This document shows positions 25,139-37,400 of a stretch of DNA of 64,000 nt, one piece after another (the stretch's first letter is position 1; each line of letters begins with the position of its first letter). The stretch lies in the NCBI GenBank assembly GCA_026026165.1, contig JAPEUD010000032.1:124001-188000 (forward strand). The letters run 5' to 3'. Source of the DNA: Sarea resinae. Taxonomy: Eukaryota. The notes beneath the pieces were generated by a model that had not been told where the DNA came from, made no database searches, and saw only the letters and a program-made list of their open reading frames with translations. The position numbers were made by a program, and so were the translations under genes.

Positions 25139-27242
25139 ATGCGGCGATCTTCAGCTTCAACATACGGGCGACGGGGCTCGCGACTGCCCAGCGGAGCAGC
25201 TCCTTTCCCCAAGCAGCAACTCGCCATTCTGGGTATGATCCCCTCTACCGGCGAAGCAATTTCGTCCCCGGTTGGGCATTGACACTGAGCCATTGCTGAC
25301 TCGACATCGCTCTAGCCGCCTGTCGAATCTGCGAGCCGATAGCCTTCATGTCAATATTTCCGTACATATACTACATGGTTCAGTCCTTCAAGATCACAGA
25401 CGATACCCGGCAGATTGCGATTTATGCTGGCATGGTCACATCTGCGTTCACAATCGCCGAATTCTCGACCGGTGTACTCTGGGGAAGACTGAGTGACCGG
25501 CTCGGACGCAAGCCCGTGCTTCTATTTGGGCTCGCAGGGACTGGACTTAGTATGCTGATGTTCGGCTTTGCTCGCAATCTTCCAATGGCGCTCATTGGTC
25601 GTGCTCTGGGTGGCCTTCTCAATGGGTTCGTTGCCCTGTCTTCGCACCACTCAGTCGTCGCTAATCTTGGTGTCTAGGAACATTGGGGTGTTGCAAACGA
25701 CGGTCGCTGAAATGATCACGGTGAAAGAGCATCAACGTAAGTAGAATTTGTCGGTATTCAAACAGTGCTTGAACTTATTCGTGTCTTTGTACAGCTCGCG
25801 CCTACGCAATAATGCCGTTCATCTGGTGCCTTGGGTATGTTTCTTCGATTTGCTCCAGCAAGAAAATGAAGCTAATCAGGGTGCGCAGTTCTATCGTCGG
25901 ACCAACTCTTGGAGGGGCTTTGGCAGAGCCTTGCGTCAGCTATCCCTCACTTTTCTCCCGCGGCGGGCTCTTCGACAAGTTCCCATACCTCCTACCAAAC
26001 TTGGTCTGCGCTATGATACTTGCATTTGGCGTCATGATTGGGATTCTGTTCCTGGAGGAGACCCACGAAGAAAAGAAGCATCGTCGAGATGCCGGCCTAG
26101 AAGCTGGCAGATGGATCACGAGCCTGCTTAGGGGACGAAAGTCCAAGGCTGGTTCTCCCGGCAAAGGCGGAGACGCTAACCTCGAAGAATCGCGGTCGCT
26201 TTTCGAAGACGAACAGCCCCCGGAATACCGGTCTACTGAAGGGTCGCCTCGCATTTCGTGCTCGCAGACAAGATCTGACGATATTCCACGAAGCTCGCTA
26301 GACCTACCGGAGAAGGCATCCTTGACGAGGAAACCAAGTATCACAAAGGCTTTCAACAAGCAAGTCGTCCTAATCATCGCGTCCTACGGTATACTAGCCT
26401 AGTAAGTGTTTTCCGATTCTAATGCCTGACCCTTTCGAGCATTTGCTAACCTTGATTTTAGCCACACAATCTCCTTCGAGCAGTTGATGCCAGTCTTATT
26501 GAGCTCTCCAATCTCTCATGAACCAGCTTCTTTGCCATTCAAATTCACAGGAGGCTTTGCTTTACCCACCAAGACGATTGGCATTATACTTTCTCTCCAG
26601 GGATTTTACGCCATGTTCGCGCAGGCCGTTCTTTTCCCATACGCAGCCGAAAAGTTTGGCAGCCTTCGGACCTTTCGCTTTGTGGCTATCTCCTGGCCGA
26701 TACTTTACGTCATAGTGCCCTATCTCGTTTTGCTACCAGAAGGGTTGAGGCTGCCCGGTGTCTTCATCTGCCTGGTGTGGAAAATCACGGCTCAAGCCTT
26801 GGCGTACCCGTCAAATGCCATCCTGCTCACGAACTCTGCCCCGTCGATGTTGGTTCTCGGCGCCATCAATGGCGTCGCGGCTTCTACCGCCAGTCTGTCG
26901 AGAGCTTTTGGTCCTACCGTGTCGGGGTTGATCCACTCGGTGGGGTTGAAGTTTGGATATTCCGGTCTTTCGTGGTGGTCAAGTGGATTGATGTGCCTGC
27001 TCGGAGCGGTCGAGTGCTTGTTCATCCGGGAAGTCGAGGGTCGGCTCGATCAGGACGAGGACGAGGCGGCCGACGAAGAAGCCCTCCTTGACGACCCTTA
27101 CTTGGACGGACCAGCAGTGGAGACAACCGTGTTCGCAGGCGAGCATGGGCTGTCCTCGTGCTCCGAAGCTCGACAAGACGATGCATCTCCAAACAAAGAT
27201 TTACGAATGGTGGGCTGCGAAGAAGCAGGCGTTGCTGAATAG
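25139..27242 (+). CDS. Major facilitator superfamily transporter (DHA1/TCR-Tet, YCR023C/ZIFL-like); about 6 exons
   Basis: FPKQQLAILAACRICEPIAFMSIFPY; MFS motif A WGRLSDRLGRKPVLL; RALGGLLNGNIGV; GPTLGGALAEP; LEETH; GAINGVAASTASLSRAFGP. Several ~50-80 nt GT-AG introns. Confidence 0.92.
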
Positions 27243-28516
27243 CATCGTTTGATGCCTCAGGCGACGACCGATGGAGTTTATATTATGGGTCTTTATAGAG
27301 GGTTCGATAGCATCTCACGATCTATCCTTGGGGAATGCATTCGTTGTAGAGGAAATGGAACTGGCGCGCCTTGGAATTCATCGACTCGCATATTCGGTTG
27401 GTTGCATGCGGACACTGGAGCATTACTCTTGATTTTGGGAGGCCACTTGGTGTTAGATTTTTCCTTTTCCTTTTGTGATCGTGGTCTTACGGTTAGAACC
27501 TACCTAGCATAGCAGCATAGCAGTCGTTGGTGATGAATGATGAAAGATCTTTTCCGATTATCTGATCAGATACCAGTCTGTATCCGTTACGTACATTGGA
27601 TGCGCCACGCCCTGACTTTTCATACTCGCTCCACGCGCTACACGGTCGATTGGCGATCACACAAGTCTCGATCGTCGAACAGGGGGTCGAGATTAGTAAT
27701 TTGCACGGTGGAAAAAAGCAATGAGAGAAAAGAAAAGAGAGGACAGGAATAATGAATGAACAACGACATGTGGGGGGAAGGAGGACCTACTCCGGAGTAC
27801 CCTGCTTGTTCTCTGATGGGCAGCATTGGTCATCCGTCCAAGCAAGTTGTCCGTACGGTGTACCTAGGCCTACCATGTTCGAGTCTCGAATCGGGCCTCC
27901 TCTATGTTCCTCCTGGCGGGCCGGCTGACTCGCGCAATGACAAGAGCTGCGGTGTCCGGCCTCCCAGTCTTCCGCTGAGTAGGTAGCTGTATTCGTAGCA
28001 TGAACACCAAAACTATGGGGAAGGCCAAGGGGAAGGGGAGAGCGGCGAAACGCTATCTCTGCCATGCCTGCTCCGCCCCAGCGCGAGAAGCAAAGGATCT
28101 CCCTCTCCGCTATGGTATGCTTAGCAGGTCGATAGACTCTTAGTGAGCCAAATAGGGCGTCGGTGTGTGCGTGTGTCCGGCTTCGGGGATACTGTGGAGG
28201 AGAATAGCTTCGTCTGCGCGGGCGGTAGTTGCTTTTTCTCCTCTCGGCACTGATGCCCCTCTAAGCTCCGAGAAGTTAACCCTCTCCCATCTACTTACCT
28301 ACTTCGTACATCTCTACATCTCTACTCTACTCTACTCGACTCGACTCGACTGCATCACAGCCTTGCACCTTCGCTCTCGTCTTCGGACTCCCTCTCCTCT
28401 CCTCTCCTCCTCTCCTCCCTCTCAACTCCACTCCACTCCACTCTCCGCTCCGCTCATCCACGACATCTACAGAGGGCGCATGCTTGGTGGAGAGATGTGT
28501 TCCCGGCTTCGCATTC

Positions 28517-31500
28517 ATGGATACCCCGTCGCCCGCCTCGACCACGACGGCAAAGTCATCTACCAGCGGCATCAAGCGGCCGCGCGAAACTTCCGAAGAC
28601 CCCTCCCCGCACGGTCCACCATTGCCGGCCGCCCAACCCCCATCTCCACCAATATCAACTCTTCCGGCGTCTTCGTTCCGCAACGTCTCGGCCTGCAATC
28701 GATGCCGCTCGAGGAAGAATCGATGCGACCAGCGTCTCCCGGCCTGTGCATCCTGCGAAAAGGCCCGCGTCAAATGCGTGGGGTACGACCCGATCACCAA
28801 GCGCGAGATTCCCCGAAGGTATGCCATGCACGCCCTTGATGTCTGCCTGCATTGGATGAGAGCATGTAGTAATCGAGCTGTCCTTCTAGCTATGTGTATT
28901 ATCTCGAGACCCGCGTGTCGTATCTGGAAACCGTCCTCCGAAACAACAACATCTCCTACGTCCCTTCCGAAGCCTTTGATTTAAATTACAAGCTTGGGCC
29001 CGATAATGTCGGCGGCTCTGCTCCGTCGGATGAGCAGCAGCCGGCACTGGATAAGACTCTCAATACCTCTGCCCCAAACGATCTGGGGCTTGGACCTATC
29101 GGTGGCTTCAAAGATGAATCGCAAGAGACGAAGCGGAACGATGCTGAGAAGCTCAATAAGCTGGTGTCGAACATCGGGATGGTGTCGGTGCAGGGAGCTT
29201 CTGATTCGAGATACCTGGGCTCGACTTCGGGCATTTCATTTGCAAGGGTAGTCTTCGCCGCCGTCAAGAGCTCGATGCCGGGCTCTTCTTCGGAACGCGG
29301 AAGCACTCGTGCAAGCCATCCTATCACAAGAGGTGCGGGAGTGCCATCCATGAGGGAGTCATTTTTCGGTCTTCATACGAAGCCTACCATCAAGCAAGCA
29401 CCTTTCCCCGAGAAAGACTTGGGTCGGAAACTGGTCGGGTTATATTTCGAACATGCCAATCCGCAACTACCTATATTGCACAGGGGGGAGTTCATGGTAT
29501 TATTTGATCGCACTTATGCTTCTGATCCCGAGGGTCGGACACCCCGAGATTTATACATCTTGAACATGGTCTTTGCAGTTGGCGCCGGTATTATTTGGGG
29601 TGACTGTGATGCTGACGATTCGTCAATGGCCTCCGGTTCCGATTCGCCTTCGAAGCATTCGTCAAGTTCAGCAAGTAAGAAGAGGCAAAAGATGTCCGGT
29701 CAGCAACATCAGCCAGAAGAGTATCATGCGTCGGCCATTATCCATCTGGAATCGATTTTAGGGTCACTCACGGCCCCTGATCGCCTGGATGGTTTTGGGG
29801 GTGGCCTTGATGCTCTTCAAGCTGTCCTTTTACTTGCTAGCTTTGCGTTATTGAGACCTGTGGCCCCGGGACTTTGGTATATAATTGGAGTTGCCGTCCG
29901 ACTGGCGGTCGACCTGGGCTTGCACTATGAGGATGGCACTGCCATTGAAGGCGGTCCTGGAGAGGATATCTCCATTGAAGCCATGACGAAGGGTGCCGGT
30001 GGTAACACCGGGGCAGCTTCAGGGCATAGAGTTATAGACGAGAAGGAGATAGGGCGGCGTCAATGGGTTAGGGACCAACGCAGACGTCTCTGGTGGTGCG
30101 TCTACTCGTTCGACCGGCTTGTGAGCGTCTGTGTGGGCCGGCCTTTTGGGATCACCGATCAGGTCATCACTACCGAATTCCCATCGTTGCTTGACGATGC
30201 TTATATCACTACTACTGGCTTCTGGAATCCTCCTGGAGGGCTTCAGGCCCCCAGTTACAAACGCGTGGCACACCATTACTTCCGCCTCCGTTTGCTACAA
30301 TCGGAAATGCTTCAAGTCCTTCAGCACCAGCAAGCCCAGCAAGCCCGAGCGAATGGGGCAAATCGGGGTAATCAATTCATGCATACAAAGCTTTCGTCAC
30401 CGTTCCTCCAGAAATTCAATGACTCTTTTCGGGACTGGCGGATCGATATTGACCGGAGGCTGTGGGAATGGAAGGAAGCAGCTCCACGAACCGAAGAGAC
30501 TGGCGTAAAATTCTCTGTGCAATTCCTGGAGCTAAACTACTGGCAGGCCGTAATCATGTTATACAGACAGAGTCTATCTGTTCCTCCTATGCTGGCTGGT
30601 GAGCTTGGAACTACAGATGATATCTCCAGCCCGTCGATGATCAAGATTGAAGCGCGAGAAGACGAGGATAGAGTTTTCTTGAAGGTGGCGGAGGCCGGGC
30701 AAAAGATTCTTCGATTATATCGCCAGCTTCACCGAGTTCGTCTTGTGAACTATACCTTCTTGGCCACTCACCACCTATTCATGGCTGGTAATTGTCCCAC
30801 AGTCTCAAGTATCGAAAGTGCTCTAACATCTAATAGGGATATCATTCCTATATGCAATCTGGCACTCTTCAGTGGTGCGCAGCAGACTTGTAAGTCTCAG
30901 TCTGACTCTCTTGGTCTTGCTCTATTGACGCATCATAGTCATTGGACGAGGTAGACTTCACTGTATTGGCGGCGACGTCAGTACTGGGAGATCTCATCTC
31001 CAAATGTCCTCCGGCAGAGGCATGTCGAGATGCCTTTGACCGAATGAGTAAGGCAACAGTACAGATGTGTCTCTCGACTACCGGCTTCGGATCCAGACCA
31101 TCCGGTCTTGACTCTAGGCAGGAATCACAAGGTCCTCCATCCGGTAGTCAGCGACCGGGACAGTCACAGGAAGATTCCGATCAGCGAGCGCAGCAGGACT
31201 ACTTTAATGAATCGCAAGGCTCCAGAAGAGCTCCTCCTCGATTTGATATGAACCTTGGCGATCTCTTCTCGGATGCCAATGGCGAATTGGGGTCTTTTGG
31301 CCGTACAAACAACGGCCCGCGGCTCCGCCGACCTTCTGCTACTTGGAAGCCGAGCGAAGAAGAGCATACGTCTTCTGCGAACGACAGTCGGGTGCCTGCC
31401 AATCTGCAGCCTGGTTTCGACATGGAACGTCCTGCTGACTTGGACATCGACCCGAACTTACAGCCACCTCCTCAGATTGCACCTCATCATGAAGCGTATG

Positions 31501-31694
31501 CTCAGAGCACATCTTACCCTGAGTATGGTTTTTCGAACATGGACTTTACCGGCGGCGCAGGCGCAGTGGGCAACAACCCGGAGATTGATTTGGGATTCGG
31601 TATGGGCTTGGACGTCGAGCATGACTGGAGCGACGGATCACATTTGGATTTGTTTGATGGCTTCTTTTGGGGTGGACCAGGCGCGGGATTATAA
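28517..31694 (+). CDS. uaY: Zn(II)2Cys6 transcription factor, positive regulator of purine utilisation (UaY/Ppr1 family); 4 exons
   Basis: SSFRNVSACNRCRSRKNRCDQRLPACASCEKARVKCVGYDPITKREIPRSYVYYLETRV; YLGSTSGISFARVV; fungal TF domain AVRLAVDLGLHYE..RRRLWWCVYSFDRLVSVCVGRPFGITD; KCPPAEACRDAFDRMSKATVQMC. Confidence 0.9.
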
Positions 31695-32050
31695 AAGTAT
31701 CAAGGATAAAGGTCACGGCTATATTTACTACTGTATTGATTTCGAGATACCAATCCAGCGGCAATTTAGGAGGCCTAATCTGCTTTTTATTTTTGGTAGG
31801 AGCTCCTATATAGATAGATCAGAGAGTCGAGTTTTCAATGCGAGATGGGGGTTGCCAATACGACCTTTGCTGGCTGCCGTATTCTGTAGATGCTACGGGA
31901 AACGAGGCGGTCTTGAGACGAACAACGAAACTTATTTACCATAATCGGCCATCATAACTAATCGTAAGCCTCCGTAGCATCGTAGGTGATCGCATATCAA
32001 CTACGTCGCGGCCCGTCGCAGCAGGCTCAAGGGAATGCGAAAGGCCCAGG

Positions 32051-33802
32051 ATGTGTTCTTTGACCATGTCAGCATCATGTCGCCAGTTCCAGGCCACTCT
32101 CACGCCATTTCTGTACCCAGCTCTCTACCAGCCCTTTTCCGTCTGCATACGAACAAGAATCTACTCCTCACCGGCCGAGGTCGCGAGTAGAAACAACCGT
32201 TCATACAGCACTAGTACTGCGACAACAGCGCCTCAGACGGGGGATGTGGAAGATGCAGGCTCGGAATCGCCAGTTGATCATCTCAACCCGCCACCGGAAG
32301 ACTACGCCCGCTCCATCTTCACGGATCGCTGCTCTCTCAGCCTTCATGCCGGCGCCGGCGGCCACGGGTGCATTTCCTTCCTCCGCGAGAAATTCGTCGC
32401 CGCCGGCCCCGCCAATGGAGGTGACGGCGGCAGTGGCGGCAGTATCTACATCCAGGCCGTGCGCGGCGAGACGAGTCTGCATAAGCTGGCGAGGAGGGGC
32501 ATCATGAAGGCCGGCCGGGGTAAAAATGGGAGAGGCAAAAACAGGGGTGGCGAGAGGGGCGAGGATTTACTTATTTCTGTGCCCGTGGGTACGGTCTTAC
32601 GAGAGATCTCGAGACTGGATCCCGTTGCTGAGGAGGAGGAAAGGATCAAGCGCGCCAATGGCATGGCGATGGAGGACGACTACGATGCGGAGGGGGAGGA
32701 CGGGGAGGGGCAGGGGCAGGGCCCGGTTGAGGATCTTTCGTGGAGACGCGACAAGTTCCTTTTACATCCAGCTTCGGCGCCCTCGGATTTCTTCTCGATG
32801 GAATTCCCCCGCCTACGATCGAGACAGTCGCCGTTGGGCTTCGCTCAGCCCGAGGCGCCCATCCACCTGGACCTCTCCGAGCCGATGGAGAAGCCCATGT
32901 TGCTGGTCGCTGGAGCAGTAGGCGGGCTCGGCAACCCGCACTTTGTCTCCAACTCGATCCCGCGGCCCAAGTTCGCGACCAAGGGCGAGACGGGCGTGCG
33001 CGTCAACCTCCAGCTGGAGCTGAAGATCCTCGCCGACGTCGGGCTCGTCGGGCTCCCGAACGCAGGCAAGAGCACGCTCCTGCGGGCGGTGAGCCGCAGC
33101 CGGACCCGCGTGGGCAACTGGGCCTTCACGACGCTGCAGCCCAACATCGGCACCGTGGTGCTGGACAACCACATGGGCCGCCCGCGCCTGCGCTCCGGCC
33201 GCACCAACTTCACCATCGCCGACATCCCCGGCCTGATCCCGGACGCGCATCTCGACCGCGGCCTCGGGCTGGGCTTCCTCCGCCACGTCGAGCGCGCGCG
33301 CGCGCTGGCCTTCGTCGTCGATCTCGGCGCCGGCGACGCCGTCGCGGCCCTCAAGGCCCTCTGGACCGAGGTCGCCGCGTACGAACGCCTGCGCGACCGC
33401 GCGCTCAACGCCGAGACCGAACGCCGTACCCTCTGGAAACCCATGGATCTCGTGACACCATCGGCGGCGGCGGCGGCGGCGGCCGACTTCGAGCACCACT
33501 CGGCCGCGGTCGTGAGCCAGGACGGCTCTACTTCGCTGCTGCCGGAACTGACCATGCCGCCCATCTCGGCCAAGCCGTGGTTCGTCATCGCCACCAAGGC
33601 GGACCTGGCCGGGGCGCGCGAGAACTTCGCCGGCCTGCAGGCCTACCTCGACGGTGTGGCGGCTGGGATGGTCCCGCATCCGGCTGGCAAGAAGAATGGC
33701 TGGCGGAAGCGACTCGTCGTCGTTCCTGTGAGCGCCATCAGGGGCGAGGGCGTCGATCGCATCGTCGAGCTCACGGTGGGCTTGCTGGATGAGTTTGAGT
33801 GA
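32051..33802 (+). CDS. MTG2: Mitochondrial Obg-family GTPase (Mtg2/GTPBP5), single exon
   Basis: Obg-fold glycine motifs AGAGGHG..GPANGGDGGSGG and GGLGNPHF; LELKILADVGLVGLPNAGKSTLL; WAFTTLQP; DIPGL; TKAD; VSA; N-terminal presequence-like region. Confidence 0.92.
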   Translation: MCSLTMSASCRQFQATLTPFLYPALYQPFSVCIRTRIYSSPAEVASRNNRSYSTSTATTAPQTGDVEDAGSESPVDHLNPPPEDYARSIFTDRCSLSLHAGAGGHGCISFLREKFVAAGPANGGDGGSGGSIYIQAVRGETSLHKLARRGIMKAGRGKNGRGKNRGGERGEDLLISVPVGTVLREISRLDPVAEEEERIKRANGMAMEDDYDAEGEDGEGQGQGPVEDLSWRRDKFLLHPASAPSDFFSMEFPRLRSRQSPLGFAQPEAPIHLDLSEPMEKPMLLVAGAVGGLGNPHFVSNSIPRPKFATKGETGVRVNLQLELKILADVGLVGLPNAGKSTLLRAVSRSRTRVGNWAFTTLQPNIGTVVLDNHMGRPRLRSGRTNFTIADIPGLIPDAHLDRGLGLGFLRHVERARALAFVVDLGAGDAVAALKALWTEVAAYERLRDRALNAETERRTLWKPMDLVTPSAAAAAAADFEHHSAAVVSQDGSTSLLPELTMPPISAKPWFVIATKADLAGARENFAGLQAYLDGVAAGMVPHPAGKKNGWRKRLVVVPVSAIRGEGVDRIVELTVGLLDEFE

Positions 33803-34096
33803 TGGATCCAGGTCTTGTTGGAGGACTAAGAGGGAGGGAGGGAGGGAGTCGGAAGCGGAGGAGAGCTGTAGTTGGAGAGAAGAGCGGCAAGAGCCCGATG
33901 GAGACAATCAGACAGACAGACAGACCGACAGACAGACAGACAGACAGACGGCCGGTATGGCATGGCATCGCATCGCATGTTTTGATACGGTATCATTCAA
34001 TGTCGAGATCCAGAGACCAGAGACGGACGAACAAAAGACTCCGTTCTATTATGTATGTGTATCAATATCTATAATCAACTAAAACCTCTATTCAAA

Positions 34097-34098
<2 letters not shown>

Positions 34099-34147
<49 letters not shown>

Positions 34148-34180
34148 CTGTATATACACACACACACATATATATATATA
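34099..34180. repeat. (CT)n then (AC)n/(AT)n microsatellites
   Basis: About 23 CT units at 34099-34144 followed by short AC and AT runs. Confidence 0.95.
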
Positions 34181-34289
34181 TACTTAAATTCTAGCTTGAC
34201 TATGACCACGAATATATGTATAGAGGACCTGTTATATGGTAGAGCAGGGAGTAAGAGGAGAGAAGAGAAGATAGAAGCTGTAGAGGGTG

Positions 34290-34470
34290 TAGAGAGAAAG
34301 AGAGAAAGAGAGAAAGAGAGAAAGAGAGAAAGAGAGAAAGAGAGAAAGAGAGAAAGAGAGAAAGAGAGAAAGAGAGAAAGAGAGAAAGAGAGAAAGAGAG
34401 AAAGAGAGGAAGAGAGGAAGAGAGGAAGAGAGAAGAGGAAGAGAAAAGAAGAGAGAAGAGAGAAGAGAGA
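34290..34470. repeat. Polypurine tandem array (AGAGAAAGAGAGAAAAG-type units)
   Basis: Pure A/G repeats that give the spurious REREKERK ORF. Confidence 0.9.
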
Positions 34471-37400
34471 TATTATACAGAATAAACTAAATTAGATCAG
34501 ATTAAACTGGTGTTAAATCCATCGAGTCAATGTCGGTGAGATACATGTAGTAAAGACCTGTAGCCTTAGGCTAGGAGACAAGAAGAGAGAGAGAGAGATG
34601 TTGGACTTATAGGATTAGGCTAGGATACGAAAGGAGAGCCGTCAGGCTATTAGATCGCAGGAGAGTAGTACCAGTAGTTTTATCGAGTACTGGATGTTTC
34701 TCTATAACCCTGAAAATAGAGGTAGATATAGGATAGGTGTAAGAGGAGTTTATTGAGAGTTGAGAAAGTGTTTCTTTAGACACGGTGGTCTGGTAGATAT
34801 TATCAAGGTTTAGCATCCCAGGAAGAAAAGTCGAGGTCAGCTCGCTGTAGGATAGTGATATTGATCTCAACATGACAAAACCAGACCCTTTGGACACCAG
34901 AACGAGCTGCAATATTCAGAGCGAGCTGCAAACCTCTCACTGCCGTCATCCTGATGTGATCGCGTAACAAACGTGAGGTGTTCCATCTCAGACGGCCAGT
35001 ACCGTACCGTACCGTACCCACCAGACCGACTGACTTCATCGACCAAGGCTAATGAGAATCCAACCGTATCACCGCACGCTTTTCTCATCAGCATCAGAAA
35101 AGGCCAGAGCTAGCTACGATGTAGGTAGCTGCCCGCGGCCGATACCTGTAGCAGAGTCGTAGGTAGGTAGCTAGCGGACGGACTCTTCTCTTTCGGCGAG
35201 CTCGGCACGTGGCATGCGATGGCGCTACCCGCAAGGCTGCAAAGCCCCCAGCTGGTTGGAGCTACCTATGTATTGCTGATGAGATGGATTTAGGGATTGA
35301 GCGAGCCAGTGGTCCGGGCGGTACAGCATCAATGCACTGCATAAGGTACATACTCCGGAGTAGAACGAATTACGCGCAGAGCCAAGGAGACTTGTTATGT
35401 TGGGTAAAGGGTGATGTGTGATGTCGTTGCGGCTTGAGCTTGAATGTTAGTCTTTGTTATTGGTGATGGTGGTGGTGATAGATGCAGTTGGCGCTGGCGT
35501 TGGTGTTGGAGGCTTGCTGACGAGTTGTTGATGATTGGATGTCTCTGGCCGGCTGGTCCGTTGGAGCTCAGCGGGGTCCAGTCAGAGACCTGGTGCTCGC
35601 GTGGTTTTTGGAGTCTACCTCACCGTGGGCGATCATGTTCGACTCCGGAGTACAGCATCTTGAGCATTATGAAGAACAAAGTTGGAGATGAGGACCCTCT
35701 CGTGATCCATGCACCTGACTGATGGATCACTACGACGTAAGCCAGCAAGTCCAAAGACTACGTCCTCCGGAGTACTCCTAGAGACTCGGTACTCGAGAGA
35801 GAGCGCGGATGACGAGGTCGAAAAGGGCAAGCTGGCACGCGACGGCGATGCCATTTCTCAGCCGTCGCCCGCCTTATGCAATCGTTAGTCATGCCGTACC
35901 GAGTGCTCCGGAGCAGTGGCCGCTGCGAAAGCGGCGAGTGGAGAGTGGAGGGTGGAGCGCGAGCAGCGAGAGCGAGCGGCGGAGTGTCACCCAACCAATC
36001 AGAGGCGGCGCAGACCAAGACGAAGACGGGAGGAGAAAGCATAGAGAATTCGACCATGACGGTGATTCGCCCTGTACGCCGCAATCTTAAGATTCTGACA
36101 GGGACTTCATACTCGTGAGCCAAGGACCCGAGCCATGGGCTGTGAACGTTGTGTCCAGGTCGAGGGGACGGGTCCAGGGCACTTGGGCGGTTTTTAGGGC
36201 CTCAATAGTACGAGCACTAAGGCCAATACCTAGAGTAGTAGGGTCTCACATGCTTTGCAGATACAGGACACAACGTATCTTCGAGGTCGGAAGAGATCCG
36301 CAGAGGGAGCTGGGGAGCTGGGGAGCGGAGAGAGATTGTGCAATCGCAGGGTACCTAGCAGACACCTACTGCGTACTACTCCGAGTATCCATGGATGTCG
36401 TAGGGGATCCCCAACAAGCAGCACTAAAAGGCTAAGCGCGTGGGATGAAGGATAGAGAGAGCGGCAGAGAGAGAGAGAGAGGGAGAGAGGAGTCGGCCCT
36501 CGTCTTCGTACTAGCAGTCCACAGTCTAGCAGTACAACCCGGTACTAATGCTCCTGTGCCATGCCGCAATGATACTCGATGATACTCGATGATACTCAAC
36601 ATGGAATGACTGGACTGGCTGACTGGGCATCATCGCCAAGTCGATCAATGCAACGTTCCAATTCGCATCTGTTCTACTGACGGTCTGACATGCCGGTGAT
36701 CATCTTCGCGCAACGCTCAAGATCATCACCCTCATGCCTTTCGGTCCATCGTTTCAAGTCGCGAGATTCGAGAGATGGCCGGCCGATCAGCGAGTCAAGA
36801 CGATACTTACTTCTGATCGGGTCCGAGTCGACTCTACTTATAGCTCCTGCCGCAGCTCCAGCGACCGGCGACGTTGGTAGAGATCACCAGCCTTGACTGC
36901 TTCGGTGAGTAGGTGCATCGCCCACAAGCAACTTCTGCTGCTTATCTCTCAGACCTGGCGAACCAAGCCTCGACCACGATGAGGTTGTTGTCCTACATCG
37001 TACATGTACGCCGCATGTCGCTCGGGCCACGATATCCGACAGGGACCACCTCCAGGGCTCCCGTGTTGGCTCGCTTGCCGATTTGAGTTCAGGTGCCGTT
37101 CGAGTTCAGGCTGAGTGGTGGAGATGAATGGCAAGTCCAGAGAGCCCAAGACCCAAGAGCTCAAGAGGCCCAGATAGGCTTTCGACCAGTCTCTACCTTG
37201 AGATATGCCAAGGTCTACCTACCGTATCTTTGGGGGCTTAGGGTCTTGGGGTCTTGGGGCCTTGTGGTCCACGGGTCCTTGGCTCGAGAGTGCACGCACG
37301 AAGATACTTCTACTACTATTGATTGATATCCATCCTACCTATCTCTGCGGCTGCGCCTGTAGTCCCGAATTGGTCGTTCGTACTTCGTACCTTCCGTTGC

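Noticed and set aside
25139..31694. MFS + uaY as a purine-utilisation cluster
   Set aside because: The transporter is DHA1-like, not a nucleobase transporter. I saw no TCGG-N6-CCGA UaY site in a non-exhaustive look at the promoters.
32740..33907. Long overlapping and antisense ORFs (350, 364, 250 aa) within the Obg GTPase gene
   Set aside because: Shadow ORFs from very high GC3; no recognisable motifs.
34055..34495. ORF with SLSLSL and REREKERK repeats (likewise 41885-42247 and 19805-20230)
   Set aside because: Translations of microsatellites.
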